Part shown: piece after piece, positions 1 through 9,892 of the stretch
Layout: every line of letters starts with the position of its first letter
Position numbering within the stretch: the first letter of the stretch is position 1
Source: Candidatus Hydrogenedentota bacterium
GTDB lineage: Bacteria > Hydrogenedentota > Hydrogenedentia > Hydrogenedentales > SLHB01
Direction: 5' to 3'
Assembly: GCA_045863335.1 (NCBI GenBank)
Contig: BTVY01000013.1
Coordinates: 32,001 to 96,000, forward strand
Length of the DNA stretch: 64,000 nucleotides
Notes under the pieces: model-generated
Told to the model about the DNA's origin: nothing
The model's database searches: none
Seen by the model: only the letters and a program-made list of their open reading frames with translations
Made by a program: the position numbers and the translations under genes

Positions 1-2
1 TC

Positions 3-92
3 CACGCCCAGGGCCTGTCGGCGACAACGGAATTCGAACTCACCGACAACCAAACCGCCCAGGTGGATTTGGCGCTGGTAGCGGTGAAATAG
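3..92 (+). CDS. 3' end of a gene entering from the left edge (partial)
   Basis: Open frame HAQGLSATTEFELTDNQTAQVDLALVAVK ending at TAG 90-92, GC-rich third positions; too short to assign. Confidence 0.45.
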   Translation, partial: HAQGLSATTEFELTDNQTAQVDLALVAVK

Positions 93-147
93 CGGACGGG
101 GCTGTGCTTGACGTGGGCGTACTGGTTCACCCCGCGGCACGGCGTGT

Positions 148-2118
148 TTACTGGTCCCCGATTTCGCATAACCATACGCCAAGCGGGTCGAACGCGAGTC
201 GCAGGGACTTCGGCTCGGCCATCGGGATCGCTTTGTCCGTGCCGAAGCGCGTCACGGTCGCGGGTTCGAAGGGTAACGTGAACGTTGTCTCCTGCGGTTC
301 CGGCGAGTTGTTTACGGCGATGAGGTAGGTCGTCGTGCCTACCTGCTTGACGGTCCAGTTGAGCCACTCGGCATCGTCCGTGGTGATGGCCGGGGGTTCG
401 TCTACGGACAACAACGCGGGGGTCATGTCCTTCACTTCCTGCACGACGGTTTTGAACTGGGGCCAGTAGCTCTCGAAATCGAGCCCGGCATTCCGTTGCG
501 GCAAGTACATGTTGAACCAACTGTAGAAAATGAGGCCGTTCGCGCCTTCGGCGATGCATTGCCACGTCATGTTCCGCACTTCTTCGATGGTCGGTTGCCG
601 GTACTGGTCCGCCTTCTCTTCCCGGTACGCGCCCCAGTTAAACACCTGCGGCACCATCCACACCGGCCGCGCGCCGTGCATGGCCTCGACCGTTTTGCGC
701 GTCCACTCGCCTGCCATGGCCGCGGGCTTCTCCGGGATGGGGTAAGGGTCCGTGCCGATGGCGTGGCAGGTGTCGAAGTAGCCGCCGATTTCGCCGATCT
801 GATACAGCACCGACCACGTCGGATGATTCGGGTCGAGTTCTTCGACCCATTCCTTATGCAGGATGAGCCGGTCCAGTTGCGTCAACGGCGCTTCGTCGTT
901 CAGATACCACGCCAGCAGCGCGGGATGATCCCGCAACGACTCCACCTTATTCGTGATGAAGGGCTGCTCGTCGGCCTCGGTCTTGATCGCGTCACCCAAA
1001 TGCCCGAGAAACGCGTAACAGTCCTTCACGGAATAGATGACTTTCAAGCCATGCGCATCGACCAGGTCCATGTCTTCCCGGCTGAGCATGTGGTACGGCA
1101 TAAGACAGTTGAACGGGCTGTCCGCGAAGACGCCGATCGATTCTTCATCGACGGAACCCCAATACATGCCCAGCGGGAAAAACGGTTTCCCCTCATAGAT
1201 GAGCCGATTGTGTTCGTCGATGTACGCGGTCCGCTGCGGTATGCCGACCAGCCGTACCACCTCGCAAGATTTCGATGAGATCACCTCGTCGGTATCGTTC
1301 TTCCGCAGCTCCACCGCGATCGTGTATCGCCCCGGTTCGAGCGACGCACCCGGCATGTGCAGCACGTCCTCCAGCGATGCCGACACCGCCTGCGTACCGG
1401 ACGCAACCGCCGCGCCGTCGTCCGCGTTCGTTATCGTCCAATGCAACGTCACGTCGCCGTTCGATACCGGATAGTCTCTCAGGTTGCCCGTCTCCGCGAC
1501 TACGCGAACCGCTTCCGGCCCGGCATCCGTGACTTCGCCGCGATAGTTTGGACTCAGCAGTTTGATCGCGAGCGGATCGTCGCGGTGTTCCCGGACCTCG
1601 ACCTCGTCCCACCACGCCGTGCCCGTCATCCCTTTGCGCAGGTAGCACGCAACGGTGCCCCCCACGACGCCTTCCGGTACTGGCGCCGACACCCCTTCCA
1701 ACAGCGTCCAGTCCGTCGTGCCCTTCACTCCCGTCCGGCAATAAGCGCCGCCGACCCACTTCCCGTCGGCATCAATGTACTCGATGCAAAGCGTCGCGCC
1801 GTGGTCCTCTCCCGCGATGCCTTCCGACTTCACCCACGCGCTGAACTCGTATTTCTTCCCCACCTCAAAGGGCAGCCGTTGCGAGCACAACACATACTTT
1901 TCCGCATCGGCATTCACGAACTTCAGCGACGCCTCGCCAGAATGCGCCACGGCCGTGTCCCGGCTGTACACGCTCTGGTCACCGTTCCACCCGGTGGGCA
2001 GCCCGCTGTCCGAAACCTCCTCGAACCCCGGATTCGTAACCAGGTTCGGCGGGTCCCACTCCTCCGCTTCAATCCCGAGAATTCCAAATAGTACAAACAG
2101 AAATAAGGTCTTTTTCAT
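148..2118 (-). CDS. Secreted putative glycoside hydrolase: CBM4/9-like domain, Ig-like domain and TIM-barrel catalytic domain
   Basis: Signal peptide MKKTLFLFVLFGILG; NLVTNPGFE...WWDEVEV CBM-like motif; WYLNDE and GTDPYP motifs typical of clan-A-like GH barrels. Confidence 0.75.
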   Translation of the reverse strand: MKKTLFLFVLFGILGIEAEEWDPPNLVTNPGFEEVSDSGLPTGWNGDQSVYSRDTAVAHSGEASLKFVNADAEKYVLCSQRLPFEVGKKYEFSAWVKSEGIAGEDHGATLCIEYIDADGKWVGGAYCRTGVKGTTDWTLLEGVSAPVPEGVVGGTVACYLRKGMTGTAWWDEVEVREHRDDPLAIKLLSPNYRGEVTDAGPEAVRVVAETGNLRDYPVSNGDVTLHWTITNADDGAAVASGTQAVSASLEDVLHMPGASLEPGRYTIAVELRKNDTDEVISSKSCEVVRLVGIPQRTAYIDEHNRLIYEGKPFFPLGMYWGSVDEESIGVFADSPFNCLMPYHMLSREDMDLVDAHGLKVIYSVKDCYAFLGHLGDAIKTEADEQPFITNKVESLRDHPALLAWYLNDEAPLTQLDRLILHKEWVEELDPNHPTWSVLYQIGEIGGYFDTCHAIGTDPYPIPEKPAAMAGEWTRKTVEAMHGARPVWMVPQVFNWGAYREEKADQYRQPTIEEVRNMTWQCIAEGANGLIFYSWFNMYLPQRNAGLDFESYWPQFKTVVQEVKDMTPALLSVDEPPAITTDDAEWLNWTVKQVGTTTYLIAVNNSPEPQETTFTLPFEPATVTRFGTDKAIPMAEPKSLRLAFDPLGVWLCEIGDQ

Positions 2119-2382
2119 AAGCACCCCTAGAACCTTCGGTTCAGCACGTAAGAAGTAGGTTAGAATCTAGCGTCAGTCTAGTCGTTCGGCCGCACCTTAC
2201 CAAGATCGAAACGATTTCGTTCATCGTGTTGTACTGATTGGAACGCCATACCGCACGGGCGTTCAATTCCGGACCGCATCAGCGATTTCCCCGATAGCGC
2301 AATGTTTTTCGCCCTTGCCTCGTTTACATGCCCCCGTATATGTGCTACACTAAAACCGTGATTGCGGGGCATAGTACTATTG

Positions 2383-5300
2383 ATGGCGGACAGGCACGAA
2401 GGGCGCGAACCGGGCCGGGGTAATCCCCTGAACGAGTGCCTGGGTCACGCTCAATCTTCTCACGGAAGCGACGATCGAGACGCCGAACTTCCAGCGTTCG
2501 AACGTGGTGAATTGCGGGCTGCGGATGCCCCGTCTACACAGGACGAGTCACTGCACGATGCGGTCTTGCAGTCCGCGCGCGAGGGAATCGTTGTTCTGTC
2601 CCCGCAGCTGCGAATCGAGTCTGTGAATCCGCCAGCAGCCGCACTGCTACAAATCGACCCCGCTCCCACACCGGACCAACGAGACCGCATCCTTCTCAGT
2701 CGATACCTCCACCTGAACGGCTCGCCGATGCCGGACGACAAGCTTCCCTTTCACCGCGCGTTGAAGACCGGGAAACCTGGCGGCATGGTTCGCTTTGTGG
2801 CGGAATTTCCTGACGGCAACCGGGCGTCGCTTTCCGCCAGCGCCTTTCCCGTTGAAGACGACACCGGCCAGGTCCGCCACATCATCGTGTCGCTGGAAGA
2901 TATCGCTGCACGAGAGGAATCGCGCGCCGACGTCAAACGGATCAATCGCGCCTTGCGTATTGTCACCTCCTGCAACCAGGCCCTCGTTCGCGCCACCGAC
3001 GAAACGGAGCTTCTGCGCGCCATCTGTGACAGCATCGAACGGGAAGGCGGGTTCCCTCTGGTTTGGGTTGGATTCGCCGAGAACGACGCGCGCAAGACGA
3101 TTCGGCCCGTCTCGTGGGCTGGCCGTGAAAGCGGCTATATCGCCGGCGTGGACATCACTTGGAACGATGAATCAACGGGGTGCGGTCCCGTAGGGAAAGC
3201 GGTCAGATTTGCCAAGCCGTTCGTGATTCAAAACATCACCACCGCCGCGGAATCTGCGCGATGGCGCGGTCGGGCCGCGGAACATAATCTGAAATCCCTG
3301 GCCGCGCTTCCCCTCATTGTCGACAACCGGGCAGCCGGTGTTTTGGCCATCTACTCGACTCAAGCAGACGCGTTTCGCGAAGCCGAGATACGGGTGCTTG
3401 AGCAGCTCGCGGCGGACCTGTCCTACGGAATCGGCGCGTTGCGCGCCCGCGAGCATCAGCGCGAGACGCAAGCAAAACTCACGGACACGGCGGAACAACT
3501 AAAACTTGCAGTGGCTGCGTCGAACACGGGCCTGTGGGATTGGGATCTGCGCACCAACGCCGTTTACTACTCGGCGGAATGGAAGCGCCAACTGGGCTAT
3601 GAATTCCACGAGATCGATCACTGTTACGAGGAGTGGGAGACCCGGATTCATTGCGACGATGTTAAGCGAATTACCACGAATCTGGCCGAGTTCCTGGCCG
3701 ATCCCAGCCGTGGGTATGAAGACGAATTCCGGTTGCGTCACAAGGACGGATCGTACCGCTGGATCCTGTCGCGCGCATCGCTCTACAACGATGAACGTGG
3801 AAATCCCGCCCGCGTGATCGGAACCCATATCGACGTAACCGAGCGCAAGCATGCAGAGGAGCGGCTGCGGCACACCCAAGAACTGCTGGCGGAGACCGGC
3901 CGCCTCGCGCATATCGGCGGCTGGGAATTCAATCCACGAACGGGTAAGGGTGTGTGGACGGATGAGGTCGCGCGCATTCATGAGATCGACCCTGAGATCG
4001 AAGTGACCGCTGAACTTGGCTTGAGCTTCTATCACGGCGAATCCCGGGCGCGGATCGAGGAGGCAATACGGCAGGCTGTTGAATCGGCCACGCCCTATGA
4101 TCTCATCCTCGAAATGACCACGGCGAAGGGAAACCGCCGCTGGGTGCGAACGGTCGGCCGGCCTGTCGTTCAGGATGGAAAGGTTGTGTCGCTGCGCGGG
4201 TACTTTCAGGACGTGACCGAGGTTACGCAATCGCGCGACGAGATTACACGCCTTGCCCATTTTCCAAGTCAGAATCCCTACCCGGTATTGCGTGTCGACG
4301 AAGGGGGCAACGTCCTGTACGCGAACCCGGCCGCGCAGACGATGCTCCCGTCGTGGGACTGCCGGCCCGGCGTAGCCGTTCCCGATGATATCGCGTCGAT
4401 TGCCAGTCGGGCCCTTGCGGAAGACCGCATTCTGAATACAGAATTTGAGTCCGATAACCGGACCTTCCTGGTCGCGTTTACCCCGATTGCCCGTGACAGG
4501 GCTGTCCACATTTATTGTTTCGATATCTCGGCTCGAAAGACCGCCGAACAATCCCTGACGCGCAGCGAACGCCGGCTTGCTGAGGCCATGGACCTCGCGA
4601 ACGCGGCCGAATGGGAGTTTGACCTCTCCGCCGGAGCATTCACGTTCAACGACCGCTTCTACGCGCTTTACGGGACCACTGCGGAACAGGAGGGCGGGTA
4701 CCGCATGTCTGCGGAAGACTACGCAAGCCGCTTCCTGTACCCGGAGGATGCTCATCTCGTTGCTGACGAAGTGGCGCGCGCAATGGCCGAATCCGACGCC
4801 AACGCGGCATGGCAACTCGAGCACCGGATCCGAACCCGCGACGGACGCAAGCGTTTCATCGTCGTTCGCATCACAACGATCAAGAATGCTCAAGGCGACA
4901 CAATCTCGACCCACGGCGTCAACCAGGACATTACCGAGCGGCGGCTTGCAGAAGACGAACGCGCCCGCCTTGCCATCGCACTGGAGCAGGCCGCCGAGGC
5001 CGTTGTCGTTACGAATGCCCGGGGCGAAATCACCTATGTAAATCCGGCCTTTGAACGCATTACCGGCTACAGTCGCGACGAAGCACACGGGCAAAACCCC
5101 CGGATCCTCAAGAGCGGCGAACAAGACGACGAATTCTACGATGAGCTTTGGGAGACTCTGGGTCGCGGAAAAGTCTGGTCCGGAAAACTAAAGAATCGGC
5201 GAAAGGACGGCAATCTCTACGACGCGGAGATGACCGTTTCGCCGGTGCTAGACGAGTCTGGATCGATCACGAGCTATGTCGCCATCCAGCGGGACGTGAC

Positions 5301-6459
5301 CGATGAGCTTGCATTGGAGCGCCGGGTCAGCCAATCCCAGAAATTGGAAGCTGTGGGCACACTTGCGGGCGGTATCGCTCACGATTTCAATAATATTCTC
5401 GGCGCCATTCTCGGTTATGGTCAGCTCATCGCGGAAGCGGTTCCTCCAGGCAGTGAAACGCACGATGATATTACTAATCTGCTCGAAGCGGCGCACCGCG
5501 CCACAGAACTCGTCCGGCAGATCCTCGCGTTCAGCCGCCGGTCGGAGGAAGACCTCCAGGTAATCGAGATCGGTCTCATCGCGAAAGAGGCCCTAAAACT
5601 GTTACGGCCTTCGCTGCCCGCCACCATTGAAATCCGGGCGGACATCGACGTTACCGGGACGACCGTACTCGCCGATCCCACGCAAATCCATCAGGTGCTT
5701 ATGAACTTGTGCACCAATTCCTACCACTCCATGCGCGAGAAAGGCGGCACCTTGACGGTGAGCTTGAAGCCCTTTGGCGTCGATGCCGCCATCGCCGGAT
5801 CGAACCCGGATCTCCGCCAAGGCGACTACGTCCGCCTCACCGTGGCCGACACGGGCCATGGAATCTCTCCGGAGAATCTGGAGCGTGTGCTGGAGCCCTT
5901 CTTCACGACGAAGGAACAAGGAGAGGGCACCGGCCTCGGACTTTCCACGGTACACGGCGTCGTCAAGTCCCACGGCGGAGCGCTCACGATCTACAGCGAG
6001 GTCGGTGCCGGCACCACGGTCCACGTCTATTTGCCACAGGCCACTCACAAGCGGCAGGCAGAGGCAGAGACCATTCAAGACGTTCCGTCGGGTCATGAGC
6101 GAATTTTGTTGCTCGACGACGAAGCGGCGCTGGTACGGATTCTCGAACGGGGGCTCCGGAAGCTTGGCTATGCCATCACCTCAGAAACGAATCCAGTCGA
6201 TGCGCTGGCGCTGTTCAAATCCGACCCCAACGCGTTCGATATCGTCATCTCTGATCTAACGATGCCCAAGATGACAGGCATGGAATTCGCCGCGGAAATT
6301 CGCACGATACGACCTGACCTGCCCGTCGTCATCGCCAGCGGCCATGCCGACGACTCCTTGCGGGAGCGGATAGCCGGCATCGGTGTTTCGTACTTTCTCG
6401 CCAAGCCGATTCGGGTTCCGGAGGTCGCGCGCCTGATTCGCTCCATCCTCGGCGGTTAG
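2383..6459 (+). CDS. Hybrid sensor histidine kinase (PAS, GAF, multiple PAS/PAC, HisKA, HATPase, receiver)
   Basis: H-box GGIAHDFNNIL, N-box QVLMNLCTN, G-boxes DTGHGI and PFFTTK..GTGLGL, receiver ISDLTMP; repeated GLWDWD/GGWE PAS and DITER PAC motifs; no TM seen. Confidence 0.93.
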   Translation: MADRHEGREPGRGNPLNECLGHAQSSHGSDDRDAELPAFERGELRAADAPSTQDESLHDAVLQSAREGIVVLSPQLRIESVNPPAAALLQIDPAPTPDQRDRILLSRYLHLNGSPMPDDKLPFHRALKTGKPGGMVRFVAEFPDGNRASLSASAFPVEDDTGQVRHIIVSLEDIAAREESRADVKRINRALRIVTSCNQALVRATDETELLRAICDSIEREGGFPLVWVGFAENDARKTIRPVSWAGRESGYIAGVDITWNDESTGCGPVGKAVRFAKPFVIQNITTAAESARWRGRAAEHNLKSLAALPLIVDNRAAGVLAIYSTQADAFREAEIRVLEQLAADLSYGIGALRAREHQRETQAKLTDTAEQLKLAVAASNTGLWDWDLRTNAVYYSAEWKRQLGYEFHEIDHCYEEWETRIHCDDVKRITTNLAEFLADPSRGYEDEFRLRHKDGSYRWILSRASLYNDERGNPARVIGTHIDVTERKHAEERLRHTQELLAETGRLAHIGGWEFNPRTGKGVWTDEVARIHEIDPEIEVTAELGLSFYHGESRARIEEAIRQAVESATPYDLILEMTTAKGNRRWVRTVGRPVVQDGKVVSLRGYFQDVTEVTQSRDEITRLAHFPSQNPYPVLRVDEGGNVLYANPAAQTMLPSWDCRPGVAVPDDIASIASRALAEDRILNTEFESDNRTFLVAFTPIARDRAVHIYCFDISARKTAEQSLTRSERRLAEAMDLANAAEWEFDLSAGAFTFNDRFYALYGTTAEQEGGYRMSAEDYASRFLYPEDAHLVADEVARAMAESDANAAWQLEHRIRTRDGRKRFIVVRITTIKNAQGDTISTHGVNQDITERRLAEDERARLAIALEQAAEAVVVTNARGEITYVNPAFERITGYSRDEAHGQNPRILKSGEQDDEFYDELWETLGRGKVWSGKLKNRRKDGNLYDAEMTVSPVLDESGSITSYVAIQRDVTDELALERRVSQSQKLEAVGTLAGGIAHDFNNILGAILGYGQLIAEAVPPGSETHDDITNLLEAAHRATELVRQILAFSRRSEEDLQVIEIGLIAKEALKLLRPSLPATIEIRADIDVTGTTVLADPTQIHQVLMNLCTNSYHSMREKGGTLTVSLKPFGVDAAIAGSNPDLRQGDYVRLTVADTGHGISPENLERVLEPFFTTKEQGEGTGLGLSTVHGVVKSHGGALTIYSEVGAGTTVHVYLPQATHKRQAEAETIQDVPSGHERILLLDDEAALVRILERGLRKLGYAITSETNPVDALALFKSDPNAFDIVISDLTMPKMTGMEFAAEIRTIRPDLPVVIASGHADDSLRERIAGIGVSYFLAKPIRVPEVARLIRSILGG

Positions 6460-6668
6460 TAAGGGTTTGCCGGGTATCTGGGTTAGCATCCAACGCTTCC
6501 GCACGTAATCGCGCCGGTTGCCGCCCGGCATGAAGCACCGCGCACGGTGGCCAATCATCCCGCAAAACAGTTACAGTACACGGAGAGGAACTTCGCGCAC
6601 TTCGTGTGCACACCGGCCGCAGCGCCCCGGCGCGAACGGGGCGAAGCATAACCTCCGGGTACAACGTC

Positions 6669-9125
6669 ATGGCGATCCCCGCGCCCATCCGCGCCCCCGC
6701 GCTTCATGTTGCCATCTTCGCCACCAGCGGCGTGGGCATTGCCTATCAGGTCGTGCTGATGCGCGTGTTTACCATCGGCCAATGGCACCACTTCGCGTAC
6801 ATGGTCATCAGTATCGCGATGCTGGGATTTGGTCTCAGCGGCACCTTGCTCGCCTTGAGCAAGGAATGGTTGCGCGGACGCGAGACGGGGCTACTATGCT
6901 GGAGCACGCTGCTGCTCGCGGTTTCGTTGGTCGCGTGTTATGCCCTAAGCCAGCGCATTCCCTTTGAAACGCTCCAACTCGTCGCGTTGCAGGGGCAGTG
7001 GCTCAACCTCGTCGCCCTGTATGTGCTGCTGACCCTGCCATTCTCCTTCGTCTCCACCTGCATCATGTGCGGGTTCATGCTCGCGCCCGGCGCCGTGGGG
7101 CGGCTCTACTTCGTCAACATGTTCGGTTCCGGACTTGGCGCACTGGCCGTTATCGTCCTTTTACGCTACCTCCACCCGGCCACGTTGCCCTATGGATTCG
7201 CGGTCGTGGTTGCCCTCGTGTTCTCCCTCCTCGTGTGGCGTCGACGTTTTGGCGTTGTACTTGGGATCAGTGCGTCCGCAGTGTCGCTCATGCCAATCCT
7301 CACGGGCTGGATGCAACCGATTCGCATCTCCGAGTACAAGGGGCTGTCCTACGCGCTCCAACTGCCCGACGCGGAGATCGTTGCAGAAGCCGTGAGCCCC
7401 ATGTCCCTTATCACCGCCGTCTCGTCAAAGCAGATTCGCGAAACGCCCGGCCAGATCTCCAACTACCCCATGGACGATCTGGGGGCCTTGCCCGAGCAGA
7501 TAGGTTTGTACTTCGATGCGGGCGCCGTGTCGCCGATCAACCGCTTTGAGGGCGGCCTCGACTCCGTCACGTATCTGGATTACGTCACGTCGGCCGTGGC
7601 CTATCGCGTCACTCCCGAGAATCCTCGCGTAGCCGTGATCGGGTCTGGAGGCGGCACGGATGTCCTCGGCGCTCTTGCCCATGGCGCGGCCCACGTGACG
7701 GCCGTCGAAGTCGATCCCGCGGTCTTCGACATGGTGCATGGACCGCTTGCCAAGTTCTCGGGGGAACTCTACAGTCGCGACGACGTTTCCCCTGTCATCG
7801 CGGAGGGCCGCGGATTTCTCCAATCCCGCGCCGAACAGCTCGACCTTATCATGCTGCCCGTGCAAGGCTCCTTCCTTGCGTCAACTGCGGGCGCGCACGC
7901 GGTGAGCGAAAGCTACCTCTACACCGCCGAAGCCCTGAGCATCTACATCGACCGCCTTACACCCGGCGGCGTCCTCTCCATGACCTGCTGGCTCGACACG
8001 CCGCCGCGCACCGCACTCAAACTCTTTGCCACGGCCGTTGACGCGTGCCGCCGGTCCGGCATCGAGCATCCGGAGAATCATCTTGTATTCATCCGCACCT
8101 GGAATGTGGCCACCGTGCTGGTCTCGCGCGCGCCGTTAGACGAAGGCGCGATCGTGGCCGTTCGCGAGTTCTGCGATGCACGCTGGTTCGACCTCTGCCA
8201 CTTGCCGGGCTTGCGTGAAGAAGAAGCGAATCACTTTGTCCTCCTCGAACAGCCCACGTACTACCGCTTTGCCCAGGAGGTCCTGTTCGGCGACCCGGAG
8301 CGGGCCTATCGCGAGAGCATGTTCTACGTGCGCCCGGCGACGGACGACCGCCCCTACTTCTCCCGCTTCGTGCAGTGGCGCACGCTGCCGGGCTTACTGC
8401 GTCAGTTCGGCGCGAATTGGCTGCCCTATATGGAATGGGGGTACCTCGCCCTCGTGGCCACGCTGGTGCAGGGAATCGCCGTCAGTGCGATCCTGATCCT
8501 CGCGCCGCTCGTGTTGTTTGCGCGCAAGAAGACCAGCCCCAAGGCCAAGCGCTGGGTGCTCGTCTATTTCGCCGCCCTCGGTTTCGCGTTTATGTTCCTC
8601 GAGATCGCGTTCATTCAGCGCTTCATGTTGTTTCTCGCCTATCCCATGTACTCGGTCACCGTCGTATTGACCGCGTTCCTGGTCTTCTCCGGACTCGGCA
8701 GCCTCTACGCCCATCGCGCCATGCAACACGGCCGCAATCCAATCGTCCCCAGCGTCGCGGCGATCGCTTTTCTATCGCTGGTGTATTTGCTCCTATTGGG
8801 CAGCCTTTTCGCCTTTGGATCGGGGTGGCCGGACGCCGGGAAGATAGGGAGCAGCATCATGCTCCTTGCGCCGATAGCATTCGCCATGGGCATCCCGTTC
8901 CCCTTGGGACTCCAATACGTATCCACCCACCACGAACCGCTCCTGCCCTGGGCCTGGGGCATCAACGGTTGCGCATCCGTGGTCGGCGCGCTCTCGGCGA
9001 GCCTGTGCGCGGTGCATCTCGGATTTCGCGCCGTCGTGCTGATCGCAGTTGCTGCATACGCGGTTGCGGCAATGGCTTATGCGAGAATGATGCTAATCAA
9101 GCCGACGAATGGCTCTCTCAATTGA
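6669..9125 (+). CDS. Membrane-bound spermidine synthase-like SAM-dependent methyltransferase
   Basis: TM bundles at both ends; central VIGSGGGTD..VTAVEVDP SAM motif; RPATDDRPYF and WAWGING motifs. Confidence 0.85.
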   Translation: MAIPAPIRAPALHVAIFATSGVGIAYQVVLMRVFTIGQWHHFAYMVISIAMLGFGLSGTLLALSKEWLRGRETGLLCWSTLLLAVSLVACYALSQRIPFETLQLVALQGQWLNLVALYVLLTLPFSFVSTCIMCGFMLAPGAVGRLYFVNMFGSGLGALAVIVLLRYLHPATLPYGFAVVVALVFSLLVWRRRFGVVLGISASAVSLMPILTGWMQPIRISEYKGLSYALQLPDAEIVAEAVSPMSLITAVSSKQIRETPGQISNYPMDDLGALPEQIGLYFDAGAVSPINRFEGGLDSVTYLDYVTSAVAYRVTPENPRVAVIGSGGGTDVLGALAHGAAHVTAVEVDPAVFDMVHGPLAKFSGELYSRDDVSPVIAEGRGFLQSRAEQLDLIMLPVQGSFLASTAGAHAVSESYLYTAEALSIYIDRLTPGGVLSMTCWLDTPPRTALKLFATAVDACRRSGIEHPENHLVFIRTWNVATVLVSRAPLDEGAIVAVREFCDARWFDLCHLPGLREEEANHFVLLEQPTYYRFAQEVLFGDPERAYRESMFYVRPATDDRPYFSRFVQWRTLPGLLRQFGANWLPYMEWGYLALVATLVQGIAVSAILILAPLVLFARKKTSPKAKRWVLVYFAALGFAFMFLEIAFIQRFMLFLAYPMYSVTVVLTAFLVFSGLGSLYAHRAMQHGRNPIVPSVAAIAFLSLVYLLLLGSLFAFGSGWPDAGKIGSSIMLLAPIAFAMGIPFPLGLQYVSTHHEPLLPWAWGINGCASVVGALSASLCAVHLGFRAVVLIAVAAYAVAAMAYARMMLIKPTNGSLN

Positions 9126-9158
9126 CATCAAGACATCATTTATGCTATGTTTTGATGT
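9122..9158 (+). promoter_or_regulatory. vapBC promoter with overlapping inverted-repeat operator, probably leaderless
   Basis: TTGACA 9122-9127, 18 nt, TGcTATGTT ending 9151; ACATCAAGACAT / ATGTTTTGATGT inverted repeat; ATG at 9159 with no SD. Confidence 0.7.
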
Positions 9159-9404
9159 ATGCGAACGACCTTGACACTCGATGATGATGTGGCTGTGGAA
9201 TTGGAGCGCCGGAAGGCCGCGGATAAACGCTCGATGAAGGCAGTAGTAAACGACGCGCTGCGACTCGGGCTCCAGGCTATGGCCTCTCCGCCCCGGACAG
9301 AAGAACCCTTCCGTACAAGAGTTCTGTCGACCCGATGCCGCCTTCCCAACATCGACAACATCGCCGAAGTGCTCGCCATCGCGGAAGGCGAGAATCACAA
9401 GTGA
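9159..9404 (+). CDS. vapB: VapB-type antitoxin (ribbon-helix-helix)
   Basis: MRTTLTLDDDV...KAVVNDALRLGL; stop overlaps toxin start (GTGA). Confidence 0.88.
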   Translation: MRTTLTLDDDVAVELERRKAADKRSMKAVVNDALRLGLQAMASPPRTEEPFRTRVLSTRCRLPNIDNIAEVLAIAEGENHK

Positions 9405-9835
9405 TCCTTGTCGATGTCAATCTACTGCTCTACGCGAGCGTCGGTTCTTTCGGCCACGATCATGAGGTGGCCCACCGTTGGCTTGACGGTCGCCTCAATG
9501 GCCCGAACCGAGTCGGGATGCCATGGGAGAGTTTGCTCGGCTTCGTTCGGCTGGTAACAAATCCGCGAGTTTTTGATCCGGCGGAGACCATGGCCAGCGC
9601 CTGGGGGCAAGTTCAGGGTTGGATAGCGCGCGATAACGTTTGGATTCCGCAGCCCACATCGCGACATGCCGAGGTGCTGGGCACCTTGCTCGGCACTCAT
9701 GGAATCTGCGCGAAGCTGGTGCCCGACGCGCACCTCGCTGCGCTGGCCATCGAGCACGGCCTCACCTTGTGCACAACCGACGGCGACTTCGCGCGTTTTC
9801 CCAATCTCCGATGGGAGAATCCGTTAGTTCCATAG
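9401..9835 (+). CDS. vapC: VapC PIN-domain toxin
   Basis: ILVDVNLLLYA, DAHLAALAIEHG, TTDGDFARF..LRWENPL PIN motifs. Confidence 0.92.
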   Translation: MILVDVNLLLYASVGSFGHDHEVAHRWLDGRLNGPNRVGMPWESLLGFVRLVTNPRVFDPAETMASAWGQVQGWIARDNVWIPQPTSRHAEVLGTLLGTHGICAKLVPDAHLAALAIEHGLTLCTTDGDFARFPNLRWENPLVP

Positions 9836-9892
9836 CGGACGGACGTAACCGTACGAACCAAGCGGACGCGTCACTGACTGGCCCCATCCTCA

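Noticed and set aside
3499-5124. Long antisense and alternative-frame ORFs (also 13682-15196, 39301-41001, 44541-46160, 27031-28137)
   Set aside because: They overlap well-supported genes, have no recognisable motifs and are expected shadows of high-GC codon bias.
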